Source of the DNA: an uncultured Pseudomonadota bacterium
GTDB lineage: Bacteria; Oederibacteriota; Muellerivitia; Muellerivitales; Muellerivitaceae
Reading direction: 5' to 3'
Assembly: GCA_963836235.1 (NCBI GenBank)
Contig: CAWIIP010000002.1
Span: forward strand, 1,408,001 to 1,472,000
DNA length: 64,000 bases
Positions 51,811 to 62,136 of the stretch are shown in pieces. Within the stretch, counting starts at the first letter, position 1; each line of letters begins with the position of its first letter. Below the pieces are notes generated by a model, which saw only the letters and a program-made list of their open reading frames with translations, searched no databases and was not told where the DNA came from. Both the position numbers and the translations under genes were made by a program.

Positions 51811-53208
51811 ATGAATGCTTCAGCTGATCTGTGGGATCGCTGTCTAGAGAACCTCAAAAAAGACTTAAATCGCCAAAGTTTTGAAACTTGGTTCAAGCCT
51901 ACCAAAGCTTCCGTAACCGAAAACAACACTCTTAAAGTCCAGGTTCCCAATGAATTCTTCCGGGATTGGATCCGGGACCATTACCAACCTCAAATTCAAA
52001 AGGCTTTGAAAGCCCTTCATCCAGAGCAATTGGAAATTCAATTTGAAATAGAACCCGTTAAGCCTCATCAAACAACCCTTCCTCTTCCGGGATCAGTCGA
52101 AGAAAAGCTATCAATGGAAGTCGTTGAAAAACCCCGCTTGAGCATGCCCACGCCTACCAAATCAGCTGGAGATTCTGAGTTCACGCTTAATACAAAATTT
52201 AACTTTGAAAGTTTTGTCGTGGGAAATAGTAACCGTTTTGCCCACGCCGCATGCCTAGCGGTAGCGGAGTCTCCGGCCCGGTCCTACAACCCCTTGTTTA
52301 TCTATGGGGGAGTTGGTTTGGGGAAAACTCATTTGCTTCAGGCTATTGGTAACTTCGTCGTGGAACAGAATCCTAATATCAAGGTTCTTTATATCTCTTC
52401 AGAGAAGTTCATGAATGATTTCATTCAAGCCATCCAATCGGGCCGCCATCAGGATTTTCGAAATAAATACCGGACAGTCGATGTGCTCCTGATCGACGAT
52501 ATTCAGTTTTGGGAAGGTAAGGAATCAACCCAGGAAGAGTTTTTCCATACGTTCAATGTTTTATATGAAGCCCAAAAGCAAATCGTCGCCACCTCCGACA
52601 GTCATCCCAAGGAAATCAAGCTGGAAGAACGGTTAAAAAACCGATTTGAAATGGGTCTTATCACTGATATTCAGGAACCAGATATTGAGACTCGAATCGC
52701 TATTCTTCGCAAGAAAGCGGAGAGTGAGGGTATTCTGGTTCCCAATGAGGTGACCGTTTTTATCGCCAATCACGCCAAAGCCAATATTCGTGAGCTGGAA
52801 GGCGCTATGTTGCGGGTGATCGCTTTCGCCTCCCTAACGCGCCAAGAAATCTCCTTGGAACTCGTCAAAGAAGTCTTGAAAGACACTTTGCCCAGCGAGG
52901 ATAGAAGAGTCTCCGTGGACTCAATCCAAAGGGTAGTCGCAGAACGTTACAACTGTAAGTTCTCCGATATGAAGTCTAAAAAACGAACCAAACAAATCGC
53001 TTTTCCCCGGCAAATCGCCATGTATCTCTCCCGGGAACTTACCGCCCATTCTCTAAGTGAAATAGGGGCGACTTTCGGTGGAAAAGATCACACCACGATT
53101 ATTCATGCTTACGAAAAAATAGAAGAACTCTTAACTACAGACATCACTCTTTTAGCCGAAGTAAACAGTATTAAGAAACAGCTTTCCGAAGGAAATTACT
53201 TCGTTTGA
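51811..53208 (+). CDS. dnaA: Chromosomal replication initiator DnaA
   Basis: FESFVVGNSNRFA, YNPLFIYGGVGLGKTHL, LLIDDIQF, RELEGA, GGKDHTT; GGAGG RBS fits the ATG at 51811. Confidence 0.98.
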   Translation: MNASADLWDRCLENLKKDLNRQSFETWFKPTKASVTENNTLKVQVPNEFFRDWIRDHYQPQIQKALKALHPEQLEIQFEIEPVKPHQTTLPLPGSVEEKLSMEVVEKPRLSMPTPTKSAGDSEFTLNTKFNFESFVVGNSNRFAHAACLAVAESPARSYNPLFIYGGVGLGKTHLLQAIGNFVVEQNPNIKVLYISSEKFMNDFIQAIQSGRHQDFRNKYRTVDVLLIDDIQFWEGKESTQEEFFHTFNVLYEAQKQIVATSDSHPKEIKLEERLKNRFEMGLITDIQEPDIETRIAILRKKAESEGILVPNEVTVFIANHAKANIRELEGAMLRVIAFASLTRQEISLELVKEVLKDTLPSEDRRVSVDSIQRVVAERYNCKFSDMKSKKRTKQIAFPRQIAMYLSRELTAHSLSEIGATFGGKDHTTIIHAYEKIEELLTTDITLLAEVNSIKKQLSEGNYFV

Positions 53209-53289
53209 TTTATCCGTCAAATCAATAAATAATACTTTTTTTGAATTCAACTCTTGTTTGTTCCAAACCCCTGTCAACTTTATCTCATT

Positions 53290-53600
53290 TTTCAGTCCAC
53301 ATTTATTCACAATAATCTACTCACATGTCCCCATTAGTTTGTGGATTAAATGAAATACGCATCCTTTTCCACATCTCTTTCGGGATAAGACCGGTATAAA
53401 ATGAGAACAAGTAATGAGATAAACCAAAAAAGTTGCGGGCTTGTGAATTTACCCTATAATGTCCCCAAATTACTCCCAGGAATTAAAATCGTTACCGACA
53501 TTAGATTAAAACAAAATAAAGCTTTTCATACACATATCCCCCACACCTACTACTACTACTAGTCTTTAAATTTAAAAATCTTTTTAGAAGAATTAGTCGT
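53290..53600. other. Probable oriC unwinding region: DnaA boxes, DnaA-trios and AT-rich DUE
   Basis: TTATTCACA 53303-53311, TTTTCCACA 53365-53373, tandem degenerate boxes 53526-53534 and 53537-53545, (CTA)5 at 53547-53561, then TTTAAATTTAAAAATCTTTTT. Confidence 0.85.
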
Positions 53601-53632
53601 AAATCCGTTAATAAGTTTTAGAGGAGCTATCG

Positions 53633-54751
53633 ATGAAAGTTGTTCTAACAAGAGGCGATCTTTTAAAAGGAATTTCGACCGTTCAAAGCGCTGTCGCGGC
53701 TAAAAATACCATGCCTATTTTGGCAAATGTTTTATTAGAGGCCCGGGATAAAAAACTAGAATTTGTGGCGACTGATTTAGATATGGGAATTCGCTGTAGT
53801 GTCCAGGCAGAAGTAGTGGATAAGGGAAGTATCACGATTAATGCCAAAAAATTATCGGATATTGTTAGGGAATTACCGGAAGCCTCTGTGGATTTAGAAA
53901 TAGATGATAATCATAAGATGATTTTAATCTGCCAAAAATCAAATTTTAAGATACATGGCCTTCCAAAAGATGATTTTCCTATTTTACCCGAGGTTAAAAA
54001 AGATAAGGTTTTTAAAGTAAAAGGTTCTTTACTTCAGGAGATGATTCGTAAAACCATATTCGCCGTTTCCACGGATGAGACCCGTTATGTCTTGAACGGT
54101 GTTTATTTTCAAGTCGAAGGTGGAAAAATAAGAATGGTTGCCACGGATGGACACCGGTTAGCTTTTATTCAAAAGAAGGTGGAAGGTAAAGCCGAAGAAA
54201 AATGCAATGTCATTATTCCTACGAAAACCCTTAATGAATTGACCAAAGTTATCACGGACGTAGGCAAGGGCAAAGAAGATGAAGTCATCGTGGAAATCAT
54301 GGCTACAGACAACCAAATTAAATTTGTTATTGAGGGAGTGGAAATCATTTCCCGGTTGATCGAGGGCCAATTTCCCAATTATGAACAGGTCATCCCCAAG
54401 GAATCGGATAAAAAAGTAGAAGCTTCGACTTCTGAGTTGGCTTCGGCTACCCGCCGCGTGGCCATCCTAACTTCTGAAAAATCGAATTCTATTCGGTATC
54501 AAATTAAAGCGGGGAAACTAACTATTTCTTCCAAAACACCCGATATGGGCGAAGCCAAAGAAGAGATGGACGTGAATTACAAGGGTGAGGAAATCGCGAT
54601 TGCTTATAACGCCAAATATGTGCTGGATGTCCTGAAAAACGTGGGAACGGATTCGGTCAATATCGAATTGACCCAGCCTTTGAGCCCGGGCATTCTCCGC
54701 CCCAAGGGTGATACGGACTATCTTTGCGTGATTATGCCAATGCGAGTGTAA
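53633..54751 (+). CDS. dnaN: DNA polymerase III beta sliding clamp
   Basis: ATDL, STDETRYVLNG, VATDGHRL, SRLIEGQFPNY, IMPMR. Confidence 0.98.
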   Translation: MKVVLTRGDLLKGISTVQSAVAAKNTMPILANVLLEARDKKLEFVATDLDMGIRCSVQAEVVDKGSITINAKKLSDIVRELPEASVDLEIDDNHKMILICQKSNFKIHGLPKDDFPILPEVKKDKVFKVKGSLLQEMIRKTIFAVSTDETRYVLNGVYFQVEGGKIRMVATDGHRLAFIQKKVEGKAEEKCNVIIPTKTLNELTKVITDVGKGKEDEVIVEIMATDNQIKFVIEGVEIISRLIEGQFPNYEQVIPKESDKKVEASTSELASATRRVAILTSEKSNSIRYQIKAGKLTISSKTPDMGEAKEEMDVNYKGEEIAIAYNAKYVLDVLKNVGTDSVNIELTQPLSPGILRPKGDTDYLCVIMPMRV

Positions 54752-54785
54752 AGCTTATTGGCGAGTTGGATATTTTAAGCCAAAG

Positions 54786-54816
54786 AAAAGCCCAGGAAAC
54801 TTTCTGGGCTTTTTTA
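54786..54816. terminator. Bidirectional Rho-independent terminator
   Basis: AAAAGCCCAG-gaaacttt-CTGGGCTTTT followed by more Ts, between convergent genes. Confidence 0.85.
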
Positions 54817-54838
54817 TTTAGGAATCAGGGAATAAAAC

Positions 54839-55024
54839 TCAACTCTCGTAACCTGCCGGTATTTTCTGATGTTCCAAACTCATTGCCGTGATAATCGCCA
54901 AACGAAAGAGACAATCGGGACAATAGAATAAATGGCGCTCAATCATTCCCTTTTCGGGGTGATCCAACCGAAATTCCCTATAATCCGCCAGCTTTTTGCG
55001 AACCTGTTCGCATTGAATCTCCAT
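54839..55024 (-). CDS. Small zf-HC2 (zinc anti-sigma-like) protein
   Basis: CEQVRKKLADY..ERHLFYCPDC (HxxxCxxC); strong RBS GGAGGTGA. Confidence 0.75.
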   Translation of the reverse strand: MEIQCEQVRKKLADYREFRLDHPEKGMIERHLFYCPDCLFRLAIITAMSLEHQKIPAGYES

Positions 55025-55079
55025 AAACTCACCTCCCGACTTTCAGTTGGGAAGAACAGTTAACCCAATTCCCTAAGAG

Positions 55080-55096
55080 TGCAGAGTTCGTGCCAA
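55080..55096 (-). promoter_or_regulatory. sigma54-type promoter for the zf-HC2 gene
   Basis: TTGGCAC-GAACT-CTGCA on the minus strand, GG-N10-GC. Confidence 0.7.
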
Positions 55097-55315
55097 AAAT
55101 CGTAAAGTCTTTGTAACAACGGAATTAATGTTAAATCGGCTTATTAATAGAAGGTGAGCTCCTGGTTTTTTTCGAATCTTCATAAATGGGATTAAGTGAT
55201 CGAGCTTTGAAACAACAAAAACGTTACTTTTCGTAAAAGATTTCACAAGTGGTTGTTAGAGTTTTGCCATTCCGACCGCCGAAAAGGAAGGAAAGCAGAA
55301 GGATGAAATGGTTTA

Positions 55316-58057
55316 TTAATGCAGGACCATGATCTTTAAGATTTGTTGGCCAACCTTTCCGCCGTTATTGCTTAAAAGGTCCGCGGTTGCCAAGTAAAGC
55401 CCGCTGGCGTAGCCACTGGCGTCCCAAGTAGCTTGGTTGGTCCCTGAATTTCCCTGGGTTTCAGCGGCAAGCTCACCCGCTAAGGTATATATCCTTACCC
55501 TGAGGGTTAAATTTTGACTGGAGTAATACTTAAAAGTAGTCCTAGTGACGCCCGTTGAAACCGTCAAGAGGTTGGGTTGCGCAACAAGAGTTCCATCGCT
55601 TCTGTTTCCATTCGCCGTCACCAAAATTCCTCTAGAAATATCCGATGTTCCGCCTTGTCCGTCGAACCAATGGGCTCCCAGCAGGTAATAACCGGCGGAT
55701 ACATAAGCTCCACTGTCGTTGGTCCCATCCCAAGACAAGGTAACGGCCGTTCCTGAGGTTTGGACCGCAATCAGCAAAGTAGAAGGCTGGCTTCCTCCGG
55801 CCGGGGCGCCGGGTTGCAACACGGCACTGCTTAAAACAACGTTGTTCATTTGCGCGCCAAGTGGATCGTCCACCCAGGCCAAAAGATGTTTTACCACCTC
55901 GCCCGCTTCGTTATAGACGTTCACCGATATTTTCGCCAAACTCCGGCTGACCGTGGCTTGCTGTGTGATGGTAGTCACCACTCCATAAGGGTCGACACTG
56001 TTCGCTTTGATGAAATAAACACCATTAGACACCGGATCTCCGTTGGAGTTTGTTCCGTCCCAAACCCCTAAGAGGTATCCTTGCGAGTAGATATAAATCT
56101 TGCCACTGGTCCCGGTGAGGCTGGTGATGGCGTTGCCTTGTAAGTTCAAACTGTTCACGGATTGGGATAATTGAACTACCTTAATTTGGTTGATCAATTC
56201 CCCTGCCTCGTTATAAACGCCTACATTGACAGCGTATTGGCCGGTCACCTGCACCGTGACGCTGGAAGTCAGGGGAATTCCTAATCCCGGAAAAGTCAGT
56301 TGGGCCCCATTCACGATATTGGTCCCGCTCGGAGTGAAGGGATCAACCTGGGTTTTGTAAGACAAGGTATATATTCCGGGTGTCAGGGTGGATGGCAAGC
56401 TCCAGCTGATTTGGGAGAGGTTTGAATAAAAAGTCGCGTTTCCGGCGCTGGGCGTCCCAGCGGAAACAAAGCTGACGTTGGCGGGCAAGGTATCCGTCAC
56501 GATCACATTACTCAGCGTCGTTCCCGTCAAAGTGACCCCCAAGGTATAAGTCAGCGTGTCGCCGGATTTGGCTTGGGGTTCGGATACTTGTTTTCCCATC
56601 GAAAGACCCAGGGTGGCCGTGGGTGTGGCTGTTGAAGTGTAAGTCTGGGTTGAAGTGGTTGTCCAAGAAGGCGTCAAGGTGATCGCAGGCGTATTCGTGG
56701 GCGTAAAGCTGGGCGTTGGCGTATCAGTGAGAGTGGGCGTGCTGGAAGGGGTGTTCGTGGATGTCGAGGTGGGCGTGGGAGTAACGGTGGGGCTGCTGGT
56801 TGGGGTCAGGGTTGGAGTTGGTGTTTGGGTGTTGGTGGGCGTGTAAGTAGCGGTGGGGGTGGTTGTCAGGGTAGGGCTATTCGTCGGGGTCAGAGTAAGG
56901 GTGGGTGAACAAAGTCCCGTAATCACCTCAGCCACGCCATTGCCGTAATCCACGTCGTAAAGATTACCCTGATAAAAGGCGAGGGCTTCAGGGTGGGACA
57001 GATTGGCCGAGAGGGCCGGTCCGTTGGCGGTATAACCTCCGACCCCGCTTCCGGCGACCGTGAGGATTGTACCCGTCCCCTTCACCACTTCCCGAATGAC
57101 ATGGTTGAAGTCGTCAGTCATGAATAGGTCCCCGTCACAGCCGATGGCGATGCCGTCGGGCCCACTGTTGGTGGCCAGGGTGGCGGGGCCGCCGTTTCCC
57201 GAAGCGATTCCGGAAACACCCGTCCCGGCCACGGTGGATATCAAGTCCGTTCCGGCGGCCACCATTCGGACCACGTAGTTTCCGGGATCGGCGATGAAAA
57301 GGTTTCCGGTCGCGTCGAAAGCCAGCCGTTGGGGGGCGTTCAAGGCCGCCAGGGTGGCGGGGCCCCCATCGCCCGCGTATCCGGTAACGCCCATTCCCGC
57401 CACCGTTGAAATAAGGCTGGTTCCCGCGCTGACCTCCCGGACGACGTTATTGGAGGAATCGGCGATAAAGAGATTGCCCGCCGCGTCAAACGCAAGGCCG
57501 TAGGGGCCAAAAAGCTCGGCTGAAAGGGCAGGGCCCCCATCTCCAGAATATCCTTGGAAGCCATTCCCCGCCACAGTCGTGATGGCGCCGCCAGCGGCGA
57601 AGACCTCGCGGACCACGTCATTGTAATAATCCCCGATATAAAGATTGTTATTAGAATCCACAGCGAGACCGGCCGGATAATTCAGTTCCGCGGAAGTCGC
57701 GGGCCCGCCATCCCCCGAATATCCGCAATCACCGCTGGTGACTCCCGCCGATATCACGTAGGAACCGGCGACCGTCGAAATGATGCCGGTTCCAGCGGCG
57801 ACTTTCCGGACGACGCAATTGTTGGCGTCGGCGATGTAAAGGTTCCCAAGGGAATCAAAGGCAAGGTCGTCGGGGGTTTCAAACTGGGCGAGGGTGGCGG
57901 GCCCGCCATCTCCCGAATACCAGACGGCCAAAGTGCTTGGGCCGCTGCCGGCGATCGTGGTGATCGTTTGGCCCCAAGCCGAAGTTAAAGACAAGCTTCC
58001 GAATCCTAGAAAAATAAAAAAGCATGCCGATAAAAAGAATTTAATAATCCACCGCAT
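55316..58057 (-). CDS. Secreted NHL-repeat protein with Thr/Pro stalk, DUF11, two FlgD-Ig-like domains and a T9SS-CTD-like tail
   Basis: Signal peptide; about 6 [21 protein letters not shown] repeats; C-terminal ~430 aa homologous to that of 24978-29057. Confidence 0.85.
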   Translation of the reverse strand: MRWIIKFFLSACFFIFLGFGSLSLTSAWGQTITTIAGSGPSTLAVWYSGDGGPATLAQFETPDDLAFDSLGNLYIADANNCVVRKVAAGTGIISTVAGSYVISAGVTSGDCGYSGDGGPATSAELNYPAGLAVDSNNNLYIGDYYNDVVREVFAAGGAITTVAGNGFQGYSGDGGPALSAELFGPYGLAFDAAGNLFIADSSNNVVREVSAGTSLISTVAGMGVTGYAGDGGPATLAALNAPQRLAFDATGNLFIADPGNYVVRMVAAGTDLISTVAGTGVSGIASGNGGPATLATNSGPDGIAIGCDGDLFMTDDFNHVIREVVKGTGTILTVAGSGVGGYTANGPALSANLSHPEALAFYQGNLYDVDYGNGVAEVITGLCSPTLTLTPTNSPTLTTTPTATYTPTNTQTPTPTLTPTSSPTVTPTPTSTSTNTPSSTPTLTDTPTPSFTPTNTPAITLTPSWTTTSTQTYTSTATPTATLGLSMGKQVSEPQAKSGDTLTYTLGVTLTGTTLSNVIVTDTLPANVSFVSAGTPSAGNATFYSNLSQISWSLPSTLTPGIYTLSYKTQVDPFTPSGTNIVNGAQLTFPGLGIPLTSSVTVQVTGQYAVNVGVYNEAGELINQIKVVQLSQSVNSLNLQGNAITSLTGTSGKIYIYSQGYLLGVWDGTNSNGDPVSNGVYFIKANSVDPYGVVTTITQQATVSRSLAKISVNVYNEAGEVVKHLLAWVDDPLGAQMNNVVLSSAVLQPGAPAGGSQPSTLLIAVQTSGTAVTLSWDGTNDSGAYVSAGYYLLGAHWFDGQGGTSDISRGILVTANGNRSDGTLVAQPNLLTVSTGVTRTTFKYYSSQNLTLRVRIYTLAGELAAETQGNSGTNQATWDASGYASGLYLATADLLSNNGGKVGQQILKIMVLH

Positions 58058-58383
58058 CCATAGGTTCCTGATTCCGGGATAACTTCACTCTATAGACCGG
58101 CAATAAGCCTTTTATTCCAAGATAATTTATGGATTTAAAGCCTTGGTTTTGGGTCAAAAGCCCTCTTTTTGTGATAAAGGCGCTTGTTCATCCTCTGTAC
58201 TTAGGCCTGCCACAAACGATTCCGCGACTTCACCGCTGTTATTCCTAAAAGTAACAGATAGCGGCTTCTTGGCCGGTGAACTCAAGTTTTACATTTGAGA
58301 TAAAATATCTGTTCGATCATTCAAGTAAAAAGGTCCAAGCCGATACCCTACCCGATAGGGAAGGCCAAGCTTATAATCTTTCC

Positions 58384-61380
58384 ATGTTTTTAAAAACCGC
58401 TCCCTCCACCCGCACACCCAATCAGATACTCTCCCATTTGAAATCACGTGAGGACTTAAGGGACCGCATCAAACACGTGGAGATGATCGCTTCCCGGCCG
58501 CCCCGATTCCACGCCTGGCCCAAGACCCTTTCAAAAGACCTCGTCCAACTTTTGGAGAAATCCGGCTATGAGGCGCTCTGGTCCCACCAAGCCCACGCGG
58601 TGGAGGCCCTCCACCGGGGCAGCCACGTGGCGGTGACCACGCCCACGGCCTCGGGCAAGACCCTTTGTTTCAACCTGCCTGTCATGCAGTCGGTCCTGGA
58701 AAACACCAAGGCCCGGGCGCTTTATCTTTACCCCATGAAGGCCCTGGCCCAGGACCAATTGAAAACCCTGCAGGAATGGATGGGGCGGCTGAAGGCCGCC
58801 AAGCTCCCGCCCTTCAGCGCCGAAATTTACGACGGGGACACGGCCACGGGCGTGCGGGCCAAGATCAAGAAAAACCCGCCCAACATCCTGCTCACCAACC
58901 CGGATATGCTTCACCTCGGCATCCTGGCCTTCCATGACGGCTGGGCGGAATTCTTCAAGAACCTCAAGTACGTGGTAGTGGACGAGGCCCATAGCTACCG
59001 GGGTATCTTTGGCTCCCATGTGGCTCATGTGCTTCGCCGCTTGAGGCGCGTCTGCCGCTATTACGGGGCCGATCCCCAATTCGTCACCTGTTCGGCCACT
59101 CTGGGAAACCCGGAAGAATTCCTGACCCAATTGACAGGGCTCAATTTCGAGATTATTTCCGAAACCGGCGCCCCGCAAAACGCCAAGACCTTCGTGCTCT
59201 GGAACCCCGACACCACCTCGCCCTACTCGGAAGCCGTGACGCTTCTGATTGAACTTTTAAAGGCGGGAATGAAAACCATCGTTTTTACCAAGGCCCGCAA
59301 GATTACCGAACTCATCAGCCTTTGGGTGACCCAGGCTCGGCCCGAGTGGGCCCCGCAAATCAAAAGCTACCGGGCCGGTTACCTGCCCGAGGAGCGCCGG
59401 GAAATCGAGGCCAAGCTTTTCAAGGACGAACTCAAAGCCGTCATTTCCACCTCGGCCCTGGAAGTGGGCATCGATGTGGGCGGGCTGGACGCCTGCATCC
59501 TGGTGGGCTATCCCGGCACCATGATTTCCACCTGGCAGCGCTCGGGCCGGGTGGGACGGGGGGAAGCCCCCTCGGTGGTTTTCTTGGTGGCCATGGCCGA
59601 CGCCATGGACCAATATTGGATGAAGCACCCGGCCAGATTTTTCACCATGAAGCCCGAATCCCTCATGGTGGGCTTCGAGAACGAGAATATCGCGAGGGCC
59701 CACCTGCGCTGCGGGGCCTCGGAAGTTCCCCTGACATCGGAAGACAAGTTTTTCTACGGCAAATTATTGGACGAGCTCCTGCCTCCCATGGTGAAGGAGG
59801 GAAAGGTCTTGGAATCGGCCAGCGGGAACAAATGGCTGGTGACGGACAAGAACCCCCAGCGAGGCATTAATATCCGTGACATGGGGGAGGGCTATCAAAT
59901 CATCACCCAGGAAACGGGTGAACTCATCGGCACCATCGACGGAATGCGAGCTTTCCGGGACTGTCACCCGGGGGCGGTCTACCTGCACCAGGGGGTGCAA
60001 TATGTAGTCAAAGAATTCCAGTGGGAACAGCACAAGATCCTGGTGTCGGATGAGCCGGTGGACTATTACACCCAGGTCAATTACGAGGAAGAAACGGAGA
60101 TTTTGGAGGAAATGAAAAGGCGGCCCTTGGGGCCGGGAAAATCCAATTGCTCCATCAAATGGGGGAAGGTCAAGATCACCCAGCGCTTTATCAATTACGA
60201 GGTGCACCGTATCGTGGATCGGTCGCTGGTCTCCACCTATCCCCTGACCCTTCCGCCCCAAACTTTCGAGACCCGGGCCCTTTGGATGGTCCTGCCGGAC
60301 TGGCTTCAGCGGCACCTGGCCGACCGAAAGCTTCATTTTATGGGAGGCCTGCACGCGGCGGAGCACGGCACCATCGCCATGATGCCCCTGCACGTGGTCT
60401 GCGATCGGTGGGACCTGGGCGGCATCTCCACCCCCGCCCATCCGCAGGTGCCCCAGCCCGTCATTTTTATTTACGACGGTTATCCGGGGGGCGTGGGCCT
60501 CACCGAGAGGGCCTATGAGACCATGGAAGAACTTTTAACCACGACCTTTGAAATGATCCGGGACTGCGAATGCGAGGAGGGATGTCCTTCCTGCGTGCAG
60601 AGCCCCAAATGCGGAAGCGGGAACCATCCGTTGGACAAAAGGGGCGCTCTTCTCATCTTGGGCCATATCCTTGGAAGGGAGGATTTCAAATCGCAGTCGG
60701 GATCGGTGCCTTCCCACCCCCGGCCTGAAAAACTTGCCCCGATTGAGCTCTTGCCCCAAGGCGAGGAGCTGGAACTTTCACCGGCGCCCCAAACTTCGGC
60801 GGTGCCCTTGCCGAAACAGCCCCCGCCGCCCTCCCAAACCGGTCCCGTGGTGTTCGACATCGAGACCCAATTTTTAGCGGGGGAAATTCCCGGGGGATGG
60901 AGCAACCTAGTTGGAATGAAGCTTTCCTGCGCGGTGGCCTACGACGTGGACCAGGACAAGTACTACACCTACGTGGAAGAAAACGTGCAGGACCTGATCG
61001 CCCACCTGCGCGCCTCCAGTCGAGTGATCGGTTTCAACAGCCTGCGCTTCGACTATGGCGTCTTGCAGGGCTATACCACCTTCCAACTCCAAAACTTACC
61101 GACGCTGGATCTCATGGCGGACTTACAGAAAAAACTGGGCCACCGCCTGTCCCTGGCGCACTTAGCCGAACATAGTTTGGGTGGGGCTGAAAAAAGCGCC
61201 GACGGTCTTTTGGCGGTCCAATGGTGGCGGGAAGAAAAGTATGAGCAGGTCATCGACTATTGCCGACAGGACGTGAAATTGACTTACGACCTTTGGAAGT
61301 TCGGCCGGGAGAAGGGCCACGTGTTGTTCAAGCACAAACAGTCGGGCGAGATCGTGAAGTGCCCGGTGAGTTGGGGATAG
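58384..61380 (+). CDS. MrfA/Hrq1-type DEAH helicase (DUF1998) fused to a C-terminal DEDD/RNase_H_2 exonuclease domain
   Basis: PTASGKT, VVDEAH, QRSGRVGR, CECEEGCPSC..PKC; tail VFDIET..IGFNSLRFD..YCRQDV; ATG at 58384 preferred. Confidence 0.88.
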   Translation: MFLKTAPSTRTPNQILSHLKSREDLRDRIKHVEMIASRPPRFHAWPKTLSKDLVQLLEKSGYEALWSHQAHAVEALHRGSHVAVTTPTASGKTLCFNLPVMQSVLENTKARALYLYPMKALAQDQLKTLQEWMGRLKAAKLPPFSAEIYDGDTATGVRAKIKKNPPNILLTNPDMLHLGILAFHDGWAEFFKNLKYVVVDEAHSYRGIFGSHVAHVLRRLRRVCRYYGADPQFVTCSATLGNPEEFLTQLTGLNFEIISETGAPQNAKTFVLWNPDTTSPYSEAVTLLIELLKAGMKTIVFTKARKITELISLWVTQARPEWAPQIKSYRAGYLPEERREIEAKLFKDELKAVISTSALEVGIDVGGLDACILVGYPGTMISTWQRSGRVGRGEAPSVVFLVAMADAMDQYWMKHPARFFTMKPESLMVGFENENIARAHLRCGASEVPLTSEDKFFYGKLLDELLPPMVKEGKVLESASGNKWLVTDKNPQRGINIRDMGEGYQIITQETGELIGTIDGMRAFRDCHPGAVYLHQGVQYVVKEFQWEQHKILVSDEPVDYYTQVNYEEETEILEEMKRRPLGPGKSNCSIKWGKVKITQRFINYEVHRIVDRSLVSTYPLTLPPQTFETRALWMVLPDWLQRHLADRKLHFMGGLHAAEHGTIAMMPLHVVCDRWDLGGISTPAHPQVPQPVIFIYDGYPGGVGLTERAYETMEELLTTTFEMIRDCECEEGCPSCVQSPKCGSGNHPLDKRGALLILGHILGREDFKSQSGSVPSHPRPEKLAPIELLPQGEELELSPAPQTSAVPLPKQPPPPSQTGPVVFDIETQFLAGEIPGGWSNLVGMKLSCAVAYDVDQDKYYTYVEENVQDLIAHLRASSRVIGFNSLRFDYGVLQGYTTFQLQNLPTLDLMADLQKKLGHRLSLAHLAEHSLGGAEKSADGLLAVQWWREEKYEQVIDYCRQDVKLTYDLWKFGREKGHVLFKHKQSGEIVKCPVSWG

Positions 61381-61642
61381 AGAGAAAGCCCCCCAACCCG
61401 TTTGGGGCAGGCTGGAGGACCCGGAGAGAGAAGCGAAGAAAGCCACTTCCCTTGGGAATAAACTAAAGCAAAAGTCATGCCTCGTGAATCATTGGGAAAT
61501 GCGGGTCTTCTCCCTTCGAGAGGGCTTCAAAAAAGTAACCTTAATCCAAAACTGTTTGAAATAACATCTTTCTAAAATGGACTTAGTCCGAATCAGTCAC
61601 CCGAAGTTGAATTAAATGGCTTGGAAAGGTTATATTTCTTCC

Positions 61643-62050
61643 ATGAAAAAACCCGCTAAGACAAAAGTCACGATTGAGATGGCCATCATGTCCTTCGAGA
61701 CGGACTATCAGGGCATCGTGAACAACACCGAGTTTATCCGGTTCGTGGAAAGGGTGCGCTACGCCCTGTCCAAAAAGCTGGGCTTCTCCTTTAAGCAGGT
61801 CCGCAACGCCAAGCTTTGGACCGTGATGGCCCATGTGGAGATCAACTACCACACCCCGGGACGCTTTGAGGACATCATGCTGGGCACCGGATGGGTCGAG
61901 AGGGTCGGCAATACGTCCCTGACCCTGGGTTATGAATTTAGGCTTAAAGGGGTGAAACGCCTGATCGCGGACGCCAAACAAGTGTTGGTCTTCGTGAATA
62001 CGGATTTAAAGCCCACGCCTATCCCCGCCCACCTTCGAAAAAAATTGTAA
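61643..62050 (+). CDS. Hotdog-fold acyl-CoA thioesterase (YbgC-like)
   Basis: ETDYQGIVNNTEFIRFVERVR, VEINYHTP. Confidence 0.85.
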   Translation: MKKPAKTKVTIEMAIMSFETDYQGIVNNTEFIRFVERVRYALSKKLGFSFKQVRNAKLWTVMAHVEINYHTPGRFEDIMLGTGWVERVGNTSLTLGYEFRLKGVKRLIADAKQVLVFVNTDLKPTPIPAHLRKKL

Positions 62051-62136
62051 CTTACCCGAAAAAAGAGCTATATATTTGGGTTAGCAGGCCCTTGTATTGA
62101 GGCCGGTTCAAGGGTATTTTAACGGCCTGCCGCAAA

